From Tubulanus polymorphus (lineage: Eukaryota > Animalia > Nemertea), in contig NC_134025.1 of assembly GCF_964204645.1 (NCBI RefSeq), forward strand, positions 15,376,001-15,440,000: 64,000 bases of DNA. Reading direction: 5' to 3'. Each line of letters starts with the position of its first letter. The stretch's first letter is position 1. The notes beneath the pieces were generated by a model that saw only the letters and a list, made by a program, of their open reading frames with translations, ran no database searches and was not told the DNA's origin. The translations under genes and the position numbers were made by a program. Of the stretch, positions 36,117-47,613 are shown in pieces.

Positions 36117-38567
36117 ATGGGAGGCAGTGAGTACCAGACTGAAAAAATGATGTTTAATGAAAATCAATATTATTGTACATATTGTAAAAAATACATTGAA
36201 AAATCTCATAAATCTCGGCATGAAAAAACTGCAAATCATAAAAAAAATGTTATAGATTTTGAAACTCCAGAAAATTCCAATGAAAGAAAAGAACATTTAG
36301 AAAATATGAATGTGGATGAAATAAAATGTGAAGTTTGTAATGAATTTATAGCAAAAAGGAATTATACAAGACATCTTGAATCGCAAAAACACAAAACAAA
36401 ATTTAAGTAATTAATGTTTGAGGAACAGATTATTTTGATGATAAACCAGTAAAGAGTAAACAAGTAAAAAAAACAGTTTCAAAAACTAAATCTATTTCAA
36501 ATAAACCTTATATGGAAAATGTTAGAAATTATATTGATTCACTAGAAATAAAAGATACAATTGAAATTTTAGAAACATTACGCAGTAAAATTGGGCCTGC
36601 AGCTATTATGTTTAGATTTTTTAAAGGCGCAACAATAGAAGATTATAGCAAATATATTGAAATAATGGAAAAAATAATGGACCTTGTAACAGAAGTTGAA
36701 TATCCAAAAATTAATATTTTTGGAAAAGTAAGTTTTATAAAATCAGAAGTAAAAATGGAGTATAATATTCAAACACATTCTGAAGAAATAATTTCAAAAA
36801 CACAAATAAAAGCGAAATAAGAAAAAATATGTAATGAATTTAAACGACATATCGAAGAAAGATATTTTGAGGGTTCTGGCTAATCATTAAATGAAATTAT
36901 ATTTTTAGATTTAAATGTTTATAATACAAAAAGGAATAAAGCATCAAAAAGTAAAACAATGTTTAAAAATGATTCAACCTTTACAACAGAAAAGGATATT
37001 AAAGCATCATCTTATATTAAATTACCATTTACAACAAAAGCAGTAATAAATGTTCAAAATGAAGATAATAAATGTTTTCTACGGTCAATTATTAGTTATT
37101 TACACCCAAAAGAAGATATTACGCATAGTTTTAGGATAATAGATTACCGGAAATATGAAACATTATATAAAATTGAGCAATATCCAGTAACTATAAAGAT
37201 GATTGCTAAAATAGTAAAGTTAATAATTTAAAAATTAATGTTTTCGAATTAAAGCAATTACCAGAGACAAAAGGTGAAAATATTAAAGATTATACATTAG
37301 AAGCTTTATATTTAACAGAATATTATGATGATGAAAATGTTATAGATTTGTTATATTACAAAAAAGATGAAAATGAACATTTATATGTGGTTAAAACAAA
37401 TTGATTTATTCTTTAGAACAGAAAGTGATCATCATCGTAAAATTTATCTATGTAGAAAATGTTTATCTAAATTTATGACTGAGAATGCATTATTAAAACA
37501 TAAAGAATTTTGTGATAATAAAGATTCTTGCAAATTAATGATGCCAACAGAAAAAGATTATACATTGAAATTTACTAATCATAAATTTAAGAATATAGTG
37601 CCATTTGTAATTTATGGGGATTTTGAATTGTTGAATAAAGAATTAACTGATCAAGATAGAAAAGAAATATATAACAAAAAGCAATTTTTAAAATCAATGG
37701 ATAAAGGAAATGAACTAAATGAAGATATAATTCAAGAACCGCAAATTATAAATACAATTAAAAAAAGTTCATCAAAGAGCTGCTGCTTATGGAATTTATG
37801 TAAAGTCAAATTATCCTGAATTATATGAAAGTCAATATATTTCTTTTAGAGGTGAAGATGTAGTTAATGATTTTTGTAATAAAATAATTGAATTAGAAAG
37901 TGATTTTGCAAAATTATTCAACAAAAATAAAAGAATAGTTATGACAAAAGAAGATGAAATTGATTTTAATAATGCAACTCATTGTTGTTATGTGAAAAAC
38001 GTTTTTATTCATTTGACAAAAGAGTTAGAGATCATGATCATTTAAATTCAAAATATCGTGGAGCTGCTCATGAAGATTGTAATTTACATGCTAAAAAAGT
38101 AAATTTCGTACCAATATTATTTCATATATCAGGGTATGATACCCACTTATTTATAAAACAATTATCAGAAAAATTAGGTGCAAATTATCAAGAAATAGAA
38201 GAATATAATGCTATGAATGGTGCAAATGTAAGAAAATATGATTTTAAACTATTAGCTAAAACATCTGAAAATTATATTTCATTTCAATTTGGTTGCATTA
38301 GATTTTTAGATTTTTGTAATAACTCGACATTATTACCCAAATGAACAAGATTATAAATCATTGAGATATAAAGGCGCAATTCCTTATTTATTTTATAAAA
38401 CACATGATGATTTTAATGTAACAGAATTATTAAAAGAACAAGTTTATGATCAATTAAAAGAGGACTATGTGAAAGATGTGAAGTTTTTAATAGAACATTA
38501 AATATTTGGAATCATTTTTAGATAGAAAATCATGGTGAATTAGTAGATTTATACTTAAAATCAGATA
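36117..38567 (+). pseudogene. Divergent pPolB, N-terminus through exonuclease domain, many stops and frameshifts
   Basis: YYCTYC, SSYIKLPF, VQNEDNKCF, FVIYGDFE, VRDHDHLNSKYRGAAHEDCN, LYLKSD. Colinear with 28895-26450. Confidence 0.88.
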
Positions 38568-39013
38568 AATGAAGAAACCCCACACTTCGAATTTGAAATT
38601 ATACGATCAAATTTATTATTACGAAACCACAACGTTTCGGATGTTGACTAACAGCAGTAATAGAGGTTTAGTTGGTTCAGGCCAAAGGTCGAAAGGTCGA
38701 GCTCGTAAAAAATGAAAAACATGAAAATAATAACAATTTCTACTTGAATTAGTCGCGAAACTCATAAAAATGAAAAATAATCCTCGCACGCTCGAATTTA
38801 TTTTCTATTTTTACTCGCTAAAAAAGTAACGAGTAATTAACGAGTTGTTAGAATTGATATTTTAAACATATTTCAATATTTATATTTGTATGAGCTAGAT
38901 TTTTAAACATTAAAAGTGTGAGTAAAGTGTGAGTGAAATAATTCATATTTAAATCATTGAATATTTATATTTATATGCGTTGGATTCATTTTAATAAAAG
39001 TTTTGTTAATAAA

Positions 39014-39760
39014 ATGAAGAAAGAAGAAGAACCTAAATTCAAAATCGAAATAAAAGAAACCAATAAATTATTTTCACAGTTTAACATTAGAAATTATATT
39101 TCAGCAACAAATTTAGTGTATACAAGGTATTATAAAATCGATAACATTACTATGATTAATCAAATATCATCAGATGAAACATATTTAATTACTGAACTAA
39201 TTGATACTTTTGATAATGGTGTTAAAAATGGTGTTAAACACATATTAAAGATAAAAACTAATAACATAACAGATGATTTAAAAACATTAAAACATCATTT
39301 TGATTTCAGTAACTATCCTAAAGATCATGAATTGTTTAGCAATGATAATAAAAAGCGACCCGGTAAATTCAAGGATGAATTAGGTGGTGAAAAAATGATT
39401 GAATTCATTGGTATTAGATCTAAAATGTATAGTTATAAAACTAAAACTCATGAATCTAAAAAGTTAAAAGGAATTACCAAAAACGTTGTTGAAAAGAATA
39501 TTCATTTCAAAGATTACATCAATTGTATATTCAATGAAGAAGTTAGAAAACATAAGATGAGATGTTTAAGATCTGAAGATCATGAAATGTTTATTGAAGA
39601 AATTGAAAAGGTTAGTCTAAACCCATTTGATGATAAAAGATATATTTTAGATGATGGAATTCATACAGTTGCATATGGTTGTAATTTAGATGAATACTTA
39701 AAATTTAAAAGAGAAGAAACAAAAGAGAAGGAAATAATGAACAGGAATATAACATGTTAA
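39014..39760 (+). CDS. In-frame fusion of an unassigned N-terminus to the pPolB C-terminal part
   Basis: TAAAATG start at 39014. From ILKIKTNNITDDL (about 39243) it matches pPolB downstream of DTDS (GKFKDE, RSKMYS, LNPFDDKRY). Confidence 0.7.
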   Translation: MKKEEEPKFKIEIKETNKLFSQFNIRNYISATNLVYTRYYKIDNITMINQISSDETYLITELIDTFDNGVKNGVKHILKIKTNNITDDLKTLKHHFDFSNYPKDHELFSNDNKKRPGKFKDELGGEKMIEFIGIRSKMYSYKTKTHESKKLKGITKNVVEKNIHFKDYINCIFNEEVRKHKMRCLRSEDHEMFIEEIEKVSLNPFDDKRYILDDGIHTVAYGCNLDEYLKFKREETKEKEIMNRNITC

Positions 39761-39789
39761 TCAAATTTTAATAAAAATATGTATTATAA

Positions 39790-40143
39790 ATGGAGAGTAA
39801 ACAAGCACACAGTGAGAACAACAAATCATTTCTAGATAGAATAAAAGATACTTCAAATGTCAAATCAGTAGATTATAAGTTTAAGAGATTAAAAGAATTA
39901 ACAATCCATAAGAAATATCTAATTACAAATATTGTTACAGTTACTAACAAATATGGAGATAAATTAGTTATACACTTAGAATATGAAGGATTAAAAGGAA
40001 ATAAATATAAATTCAGAACATATTTACCAGATAGATTTCATAGATTATTAAGTGAAGATCTAGAAGAATTATGTTCAGGTGATTTCTATTTCATATATAA
40101 GGGTAAGAATGAAAAAGGACACCATGAAATAGATTTCGAATAA
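39790..40143 (+). CDS. 117-aa SSB-like protein
   Basis: Near-identical to 24478-24831. Confidence 0.7.
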   Translation: MESKQAHSENNKSFLDRIKDTSNVKSVDYKFKRLKELTIHKKYLITNIVTVTNKYGDKLVIHLEYEGLKGNKYKFRTYLPDRFHRLLSEDLEELCSGDFYFIYKGKNEKGHHEIDFE

Positions 40144-40157
40144 AATATGTAAAATAA

Positions 40158-40896
40158 ATGGTAGAATTAAAAGAATACAGAATATTTGTTGATTCAAGAA
40201 GACTTACAATTTATAAATCAAATAATTTACTAGAACAATTAGATAGAGAATTTAAGAATTTTGTTGATTTAAAATTAGTAAATATAAGTTTATGTAATTC
40301 TTTTTATAATATATCGGATAAAAGTGTTGAATATAGAGTCACGATAGAAATAAGAATAAATGTTTCATCTTTATCTAAAACCAGGATTATATAATTTAGA
40401 TACATTAGCTCAAGAAATTAATAAAAGAGCACGCTCAAAAATGGGTGTATCTGCTGGATTTGGATTAAGACTTATTAAAAGTGATAGCTCCGATAAAGTG
40501 AGAATAAAATTAGGCAATGAAGATCAACATCAATTTCTAGTTAAAAAACCTTTAGCTAAAATTTTAGGAATAACCCCAGATGTAAGGATACGTAATGCTA
40601 CAAACTTAATACCTTTTACACACTTTTATATTTATTGCAATTTAATTGATCCTACAAAAACATTCGAAGCAACTAAAGATATAACTTGTAATTCTGGTTT
40701 ATTAAACATTTTACCATTGAAGAATGTTAAAGAATTTGGAACGCAAATAAATTATAATTTAACAGAATGTGATTTCAAACCATGCATTCCTCAATTTAAT
40801 AATTTTAGATTAGAAATTAGAAATCACAATGGATACTTAATTGATTTAGATAATTTCCCTGTAATTTATGAATTAGTTATAAGATGTAAAGAATAA
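40158..40896 (+). pseudogene. Minor capsid (penton-like) protein, one frameshift
   Basis: ORFs 40158-40394 and 40360-40896 are homologous to 23705-24460, with a divergent middle. Confidence 0.75.
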
Positions 40897-40912
40897 TTTT
40901 TTTGATATATAA

Positions 40913-41179
40913 ATGAATATAACAGTAGGGCCGAGTATATGTTTTGGGTTTGATTTTAAACATGGTAATAAAGAAAATTATAATAAAGGAAAAGTAATTG
41001 ATTTAATTAAAACGCCTTTAGAATATTATGAATTAAATGAAGATGGAATTATTGACGATATTAAAAACATATTATCCAAAATATATGATAATCATAAAAG
41101 TAGTAATGAAATAAATGTTGAAATAATCATAACTAAGATAACTAAATATTTTGAAGATAGCAATTTTTTTGATAAATAA
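40913..41179 (+). CDS. 88-aa hypothetical viral protein
   Basis: Homologue of 23333-23689, shorter internally. Confidence 0.7.
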   Translation: MNITVGPSICFGFDFKHGNKENYNKGKVIDLIKTPLEYYELNEDGIIDDIKNILSKIYDNHKSSNEINVEIIITKITKYFEDSNFFDK

Positions 41180-41401
41180 ATGAGTGATAATAAGTGGATA
41201 ATAACTGGTTTATATAATGGAGCATTACTATCAGTTGGAACTGTTGGTTATTCAATGGTATTAAAAAAAGTATTCAAAATGGGAAGTGTTAATGTTGATA
41301 GATTTGATATCAATGATATTTTAAAATTAACGTTAGCAGTAACTTTATCTAATTTAACAATTGATTATTTAGAAAAACAAAAATATATTCCTCCTATATA
41401 A
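41180..41401 (+). CDS. 73-aa hydrophobic viral protein
   Basis: Homologue of 23111-23332. Confidence 0.8.
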   Translation: MSDNKWIITGLYNGALLSVGTVGYSMVLKKVFKMGSVNVDRFDINDILKLTLAVTLSNLTIDYLEKQKYIPPI

Positions 41402-41424
41402 ATGCATAATTTTTTGCTAAATAA

Positions 41425-41847
41425 ATGGCTTCTGCAATTACAACTATTATAGGATCGACAATTGTAAACGCGTTAGCATTTACTGGTGGCGGTTATTTAT
41501 TTAGGCATATTGATAAAAATGGTTCATTATCAGAACAAAAAAGACATAACTTAGCATTAGAGAAATACAATAAAGCTGCAGAAGAATATAGAGAAAAGAG
41601 ACAAAACTATATGGATTATATTAACAAGGAATTATATGATCAGAAGATTTCACATAGAGATTTTCAATCAGTCGATGATGCAATGAGTTTATATAACGCA
41701 GTAACCAATAAAGAAAAATTACATCTATTCAAACCTAATTTATCAGATTATTATACCGCAAGTAAAGAACAACAGAAATATGAAATAATTTGGATTTTAG
41801 GTGGAACAGTTATTGTTATATTTGTAGCATATAAATTTACTAATTAG
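41425..41847 (+). CDS. 140-aa membrane protein
   Basis: Homologue of 22664-23086. Confidence 0.8.
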   Translation: MASAITTIIGSTIVNALAFTGGGYLFRHIDKNGSLSEQKRHNLALEKYNKAAEEYREKRQNYMDYINKELYDQKISHRDFQSVDDAMSLYNAVTNKEKLHLFKPNLSDYYTASKEQQKYEIIWILGGTVIVIFVAYKFTN

Positions 41848-41866
41848 TAATTTCTTTGCTAAATAA

Positions 41867-42301
41867 ATGGATGATAAAGTTGATAATATTGATATTATTC
41901 CTCATGATATAAATAAAACTAAATTAAAAATATATTTAGAAAAACAAATATTAGAATTTGAAAGTGACTTAAAGATAAAAAAGAAAAAATATTTAAAAAG
42001 TAAAATTATATATTATTTTATTATCAGTGGTTCAGTTACAATTAGTTCTGTAATAACATTTTTAGCAATATTCAGCCCATTAACACTTTTAGCTATATCA
42101 ATTGGCGTGTTAGGATTAAGTTCAAGTGTTTTAACCGGTATAAGTTCAAAATTAAATATAAAAAGTAATAAAGAAAAAATTAAAACTAATATAAAAGAAA
42201 TTAATAAATTGAAGAATACACTAGATTATATAATAAGTTTAAATGGTCATATAACAGTTGAAGAACAAGATAAATTATTAAAAGAATTAGTTAATTATTA
42301 A
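41867..42301 (+). CDS. 144-aa two-transmembrane coiled-coil protein
   Basis: Hydrophobic IIYYFIISGSVTISSVITFLAIF and LTLLAISIGVLGLSSSVL segments. Confidence 0.75.
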   Translation: MDDKVDNIDIIPHDINKTKLKIYLEKQILEFESDLKIKKKKYLKSKIIYYFIISGSVTISSVITFLAIFSPLTLLAISIGVLGLSSSVLTGISSKLNIKSNKEKIKTNIKEINKLKNTLDYIISLNGHITVEEQDKLLKELVNY

Positions 42302-42391
42302 TTTTTTAATTATATAAATTGGGTTTCCAAAAGCTTTCCAATATAATTAATCAATTAGTGATAAATTTGATAGTATAATTTCAAATTCGAA

Positions 42392-43432
42392 GTGTGGGAT
42401 TTCTTCATTTATTTACCATTGATGTTATCTGTTTTTAGATTTTATACATATTTTCAAATAAAATTAATATTAGATGAATTAGAATGTCCTTTACCAGGTT
42501 CAAAATATTTTAAAGAATTGAATTATAATATTAATTTTTCTAAGTTTTATAAAATATGTAATGAATTTAATATTAATTCAAATAATGAATTTAGAGCAAA
42601 AATTGGAACAATGGGTGGATTAGGAATATTATATACTAAAGAATTTGGAAAAATGATGACAAATACAGATATAAGAACACTAAATTGGAATGAATTACCA
42701 AAATATTATAATAATATACAACAAGAAAACAATAATGGTTGGATTAATTTTATTTTAGAAAATAGTGAAGGTTTTACTAAAGCTGGAATACAAAGAATAA
42801 ATCAATCTATTAGAACTTATTTGATATGTATTTTAGGCGCGCAAGTTGAAACAGGATCACCAATAGTTGGAAATGATAACACTTCATTTGATGCGCAGAA
42901 ACAATTTAAAGTATTATTTGAAGATTCCATTCGTAATGATAAAAATAGATCGATTCCAGAAAACATTGTAAGATATCAAAATTATTTAGATAAATCACAT
43001 ATTAGATTAAATTATTGTATAGGCCCTAATCTATTAATTATTTCTAATGATTTAGTATTAAAGATGGGAAATATAATTGGTTATAATAATCTAATTAAAA
43101 TTGCACTAATAAATAATTCATTTGGATTAAATGATATAAATAAAAAGATTATTACTGCTCCAAAATTAATGGAAGGTGAACAAAATAAAAAACATATTCA
43201 ATCAACAGAAACTAAAACTAAGAATATTAAATTAAATAATGATTCTAAAATAAAAGATTACAATACTACAGAAAATGGTGCCGTACGGCACTGACACGGT
43301 GATATAAAAACTGATAATATTCAACATGATATAATTAAAACTGATAATGATAATAAATCCCATGAAAATGTTAAATCAGCTATAACTTGTATAGGAATTG
43401 TTATAGGAGGAATATTATATTCTAAATTTTAA
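42392..43432 (+). pseudogene. Homologue of 20892-22194, 5' deleted, with a stop inside a 27-bp insert
   Basis: The 300-aa ORF ends at a TGA within GGTGCCGTACGGCACTGACACGGTGAT, and homology resumes in frame afterwards. Confidence 0.75.
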
Positions 43433-43448
43433 TTTTTTAATTATGTAA

Positions 43449-44140
43449 ATGGATGTAGAAGGTGGAGAAGATTATGAAATGGGAGAAATGGGAAATAATA
43501 ATGAAGTGTATATTGATGATGATTATAATGATGCAGAAACTAATATTGATAATGATGATGAATCAGCATATAATTCTAGTTTAACAGATAGTGGTTCTAA
43601 AGGCCAATCAACAGATGAATTTGATAGAAGAACTAAATCGAGAATAAACCCTGAGAATGAAAATCCAGATTTAGTAAAAAAAGATTAGAATATAATGATT
43701 ATATTTATAAATTCAAACCTGTATTTGAAAGATCTGGATATAATATAAATTATAGAGGCGCCAGACTTTTAGTAGAAGATTTAGAATTTTTAGATGGTGA
43801 ATATCATTATCATTTGAAAGATGATTATAATATTAATATCTCTTATAAAAATCAAAACAAAATATTAGCAGAATCAACTTTGAGTAATAGTAATGAAATA
43901 GAAAATGTTACCGACACAGAAATATATCAAAATAGAAGAGTATTTAAACAAAGAATTAATGATTTATTTGAAACAATCAATAATAATTTAGAACCAGAAA
44001 GAACTTCTGAACAGAATATAACTTCCAAAACTAGTAAACTTAAATCAAATAAAGTACCAATTGAAAAACGTTTACCAAATGGATTACTTGATGCAACAGA
44101 TCAAGAATTAGAAGATTTAAATATATTTTCTGATACTATT
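43449..44140 (+). pseudogene. Divergent N-terminal part of the long acidic protein, truncated at a rearrangement junction
   Basis: MDVEGGEDYEM resembles MAEGGEDIPM (20875). GLLDATDQELE resembles GLLDLTDDELK. Same position after the preceding gene. Confidence 0.6.
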
Positions 44141-44583
44141 TATATTGTAAGCACCATCTAGAACTATTGACTGCTGGAGAGAAATCTAAAGATTTCTTGG
44201 GAAAAATAATAACTTTTCAAGAATTAGACTCTATGAAACCAGATAAAGTAATAAAATATTTTAAGAGTTATGAAGAGGCAAGATTGGCTCGAATAAATGA
44301 TTCTATTGCAGATGGTATTGTCAAATGTTATTCAAAATTATGTAACCGGTTAATGTCAATTGATGATGAAAATAAATTATATAGTGATTTGAAAAATGAC
44401 TATTTAGTTATGACTGAATTACAAAAATGGATCGGATATGCTTCATTCCAATTAGGATCGGTTATGACATTAATTTCTACTGGTGTCATAACATTTTCGA
44501 ATATCAAACCTATGGAATATAAATCAGGTAAGAACGAAACAGATGAGGCCGTAAGACACCCAAACGGTGAAACAGAAAATTAA
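44140..44583 (+). pseudogene. Protein X, 5'-truncated
   Basis: DNA matches about 11903 onward (TATTTATATTGTAAGCA.CATCTAGAACTATTGA). Confidence 0.7.
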
Positions 44584-44608
44584 TCAGAACAAAAATTAAC
44601 TAAAATAA

Positions 44609-45037
44609 ATGAGTGATGATGTTGCCATACGGCACCCACACAGTGACGTTAAGAAAAAGGCTAGATCAGAGAAACAAATTAAATGGGCAAGAGAATTAGG
44701 TAAAAGATCTTCAGAATTAAAAAGAGCTAGGAAAAAGAAATTAATTGATATAAATGAATCACAGAAATTATCTGATATTGATTCAAATAACAATCCATCT
44801 GATTCTTCTAATAGTGGAAGAAATAATTACTTATATATTACAATTGGGTTAATCACAATTATTATATTCTCTGGCGTAATATATAAATCAAAATTCAAAT
44901 ATGATGATAAAGATGATTCCAATGATAATAAACCTTTCATACCAGAAAATAAATCAAATCATGCGTTTCAGAATTATGGGATAAAATTAAATCTGACAAA
45001 GAAAATGGTGTCGTATGGCACCCACATGGTGATATGA
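44609..45037 (+). CDS. Protein Y, 3' end altered by a deletion into the integrase start
   Basis: Homologue of 12369-12686. Near 44960 it jumps to sequence matching about 12805. Confidence 0.65.
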   Translation: MSDDVAIRHPHSDVKKKARSEKQIKWARELGKRSSELKRARKKKLIDINESQKLSDIDSNNNPSDSSNSGRNNYLYITIGLITIIIFSGVIYKSKFKYDDKDDSNDNKPFIPENKSNHAFQNYGIKLNLTKKMVSYGTHMVI

Positions 45038-46011
45038 AATATAGTGAATTGAAATCATGGTTACAAAATCAACCAACATATCAAATCCACAAGAAAATGG
45101 ATAAAACTTATTTAACACGAAAAGTTATGGTTTCAGATATCGATCAACAATGGCAAGCTGATTTAATTGACGTGAAGAACTTAGAAGAATACAACAAAGG
45201 GTATTTCTGGATACTGAATGTTATAGACATATTCAGTAGATACGCATGGTCAATTCCAATCAAAAATAAAACTGGTATAGAAGTGACAAATGCTTTTAAA
45301 TCAATATTTAAAGAAGCTATTCCGGATAAGATACAATTTGATGAAGGTAAGGAATTTTATAATAAAAATTTTAAAAAACTATTATCTGATAACGATGTAG
45401 AATATTTTTCAACACACTCAGATAAAAAAGCATCTATTATAGAAAGATTTAATAAAACATTGAAAACTAGAATGTGGAAATATTTTACTGCTAATGAAAC
45501 AGATAAATATATCGATGTGTTAGATGATTTAGTGAAAGGTTATAATAATTCTAAACATAGTTCTATAAATATGAAACCTATACAAGCTAGAAAAGAAGAT
45601 AATTCAGAAATAGTTTGGAATAATTTATATGGTGCGTCTGTTACACATGATTTTGGTGAACCTAAATTTAAAATAGGACAACACGTTAGAATATCTAAAT
45701 ATAGAAAAACATTTTATAAAGGTTATACTCCAAATTTTACTGAAGAAATATTCAAGATTAAAAAGATAATATTAACTAAACCTTTTGTTTATAAATTAGA
45801 AGATATAAAAGATGAAGAAATATTAGGTTATTTCTATGAACAAGAATTATCACTTGTACCAAATCCAGATGAAATAGAATACAAAATAGAAAAAGTATTG
45901 AAAACAAAAACTCTTAAAGGAAAAAAGTATTCTTTGGTGAAATATAAAGGATATGATGATAAATTTAATGGATGGATTTTATCTAGTAAAATTAAAAGAA
46001 TAAATGAATAA
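45034..46011 (+). CDS. rve integrase with chromodomain; catalytic core open, native start deleted
   Basis: DDE residues in QADL, QFDEG and IIERFN. C-terminal chromo-like domain. Confidence 0.9.
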   Translation: MKYSELKSWLQNQPTYQIHKKMDKTYLTRKVMVSDIDQQWQADLIDVKNLEEYNKGYFWILNVIDIFSRYAWSIPIKNKTGIEVTNAFKSIFKEAIPDKIQFDEGKEFYNKNFKKLLSDNDVEYFSTHSDKKASIIERFNKTLKTRMWKYFTANETDKYIDVLDDLVKGYNNSKHSSINMKPIQARKEDNSEIVWNNLYGASVTHDFGEPKFKIGQHVRISKYRKTFYKGYTPNFTEEIFKIKKIILTKPFVYKLEDIKDEEILGYFYEQELSLVPNPDEIEYKIEKVLKTKTLKGKKYSLVKYKGYDDKFNGWILSSKIKRINE

Positions 46012-46611
46012 AGATTTATTTATATTGGAACCACATAATATGTTAATAACTGGGGTAACAAACTGTGGTAAAACACATTTCATATTAAACTTGTTAGAAA
46101 CTATTTATAAGAATCATTTTCATAATATAATATTATTCTGTCCTACTTATGAAATGAATAAAACATATAATAGAGATATATTTAAAATAAAAAAGTTTAT
46201 TATATTAGATCCTAAAACAGTAAAAGAAAAGATAATTGTATTAAAATAGCAATTGATATTTATAAAGGTTCAAATACATTATTCATTTTAGATGATTGCG
46301 CAAATTTACATGATTCAAAAGTGAGAGAGAGTGAGTTATGTTACCTAGCTTTTTCTGGGAGACATTTCGGGATAACAACATGGGTTTTAAATCAAAAATA
46401 TCATTCAATTGTTAAAGACTTTAGGGAGAATATAAGATTTCTAGTTTTATTTTATAACAAAGATAGAAAATCTATGCAACAATCATTAGAAGAAAATCAA
46501 ATTATACCTACTGAGTTACATGATGAATATATGAATAAATTAAAGAATAATAAAAGTTCAAAATTATTACTGAGGCTTCAATTTCCCTATGAATATAAAT
46601 TTATAAAATAA
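46004..46611 (+). pseudogene. Packaging ATPase, frameshift near 46230
   Basis: GVTNCGKT, FILDD, SGRHFG, LNQKY. Confidence 0.9.
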
Positions 46612-46637
46612 AATTAGAATAATTATTCTAAAACTAT

Positions 46638-47525
46638 TTATACATTTATTTTTCTGTATACTAGACGTACTAAGCATACTAAAGACATTTGGTTACGATT
46701 ATTTTCTGCATAATCTAAAAATTTACGTAATAACAAATTATAGAATATCAAATATTGGTTAATATTAAGATTAAAATATTTGACATATTCTATTGGGTTA
46801 TTTAACAATGATATCATACCCACCTTTTTATAAACATTAATTAGATGTAATTTTGATTTATAATGAGTAATTTTATCAACAGGTTCAATTTCTTTATTAC
46901 AATAATCACATATTAATTCTTTTACATTTTCTATGTGTCCCTTAGATTTTTTATGTTTAGAAAAATTACTTTTAGTAATATCTAAATTACAAATGTTACA
47001 ATGTTTTTTAGAATCATCAATTATTTCATTATCTGTTATATCAATATCATTAGTTTCAATTGGGTTAACATTATTTATTACATTATCTTTTATATTACTA
47101 TCAGATATATTTTTATCATTATTCAATTCATTTATAGTCTTATTCTTATTTTTCTTATGCTTGAGTGAATTAAGATGAGTTGCCCAATTCTTATAACTTT
47201 TATACTGTTTACATACGTCAAAATATTTTTCATTTGTCTTTTTGGTTTTGATATCATATGTAGAGGGCGTATTATAAGATGTAGATGCTGTTACATCTTC
47301 TATTTTAGTTTCAATATTATTACTATCTTCTTTTTTTGTTTCAATATTATCTTCTATTTTAGATTCAATATCATTCTTATCTTCTATTTTAGGTCCAATA
47401 TTATTTTCTATTTTAGTTTCAATATTCTTATCTATTTTACTTATTCTATATTTGAATTGATTAAAGTATTCTCCAAAATACTTACTATATTCATAAGGTA
47501 ATATATAATATATATCTGATATCAT
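46638..47525 (-). CDS. Variable protein Z' with three C2H2/U1-like zinc fingers and IETKIED repeats
   Basis: HCNICNLDITKSNFSKHKKSKGH and ICDYCNKEI..HYKSKLH. Same locus as 17062-17886, with weak N-terminal similarity. Confidence 0.65.
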   Translation of the reverse strand: MISDIYYILPYEYSKYFGEYFNQFKYRISKIDKNIETKIENNIGPKIEDKNDIESKIEDNIETKKEDSNNIETKIEDVTASTSYNTPSTYDIKTKKTNEKYFDVCKQYKSYKNWATHLNSLKHKKNKNKTINELNNDKNISDSNIKDNVINNVNPIETNDIDITDNEIIDDSKKHCNICNLDITKSNFSKHKKSKGHIENVKELICDYCNKEIEPVDKITHYKSKLHLINVYKKVGMISLLNNPIEYVKYFNLNINQYLIFYNLLLRKFLDYAENNRNQMSLVCLVRLVYRKINV

Positions 47526-47613
47526 TTCACTTGGAGTTTGTATTTCATATATTCCACCTTCTATTTATTATATAAATTTTTATTAAAGTTAAAATTTTAA
47601 TATTTCGTAACAC

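Larger units (their letters stand above)
34589..38567 (+). mobile_element. Polinton-like fragment C: terminus, SSB-like gene, GC-rich repeats, 5' part of pPolB
   Basis: AGTAATTGGAATATGGCGTTTTCAGATCAGAGGACGAC terminus directly interrupts the Harbinger transposase. Followed by AT-rich genes with TAAATG starts. Confidence 0.72.

Noticed and set aside
38568-38655. Possible Penelope-like end (TTTATT..ACAACGTTTCGG) between C and B
   Set aside because: Under 90 bp and no supporting ORF, so too weak to call.
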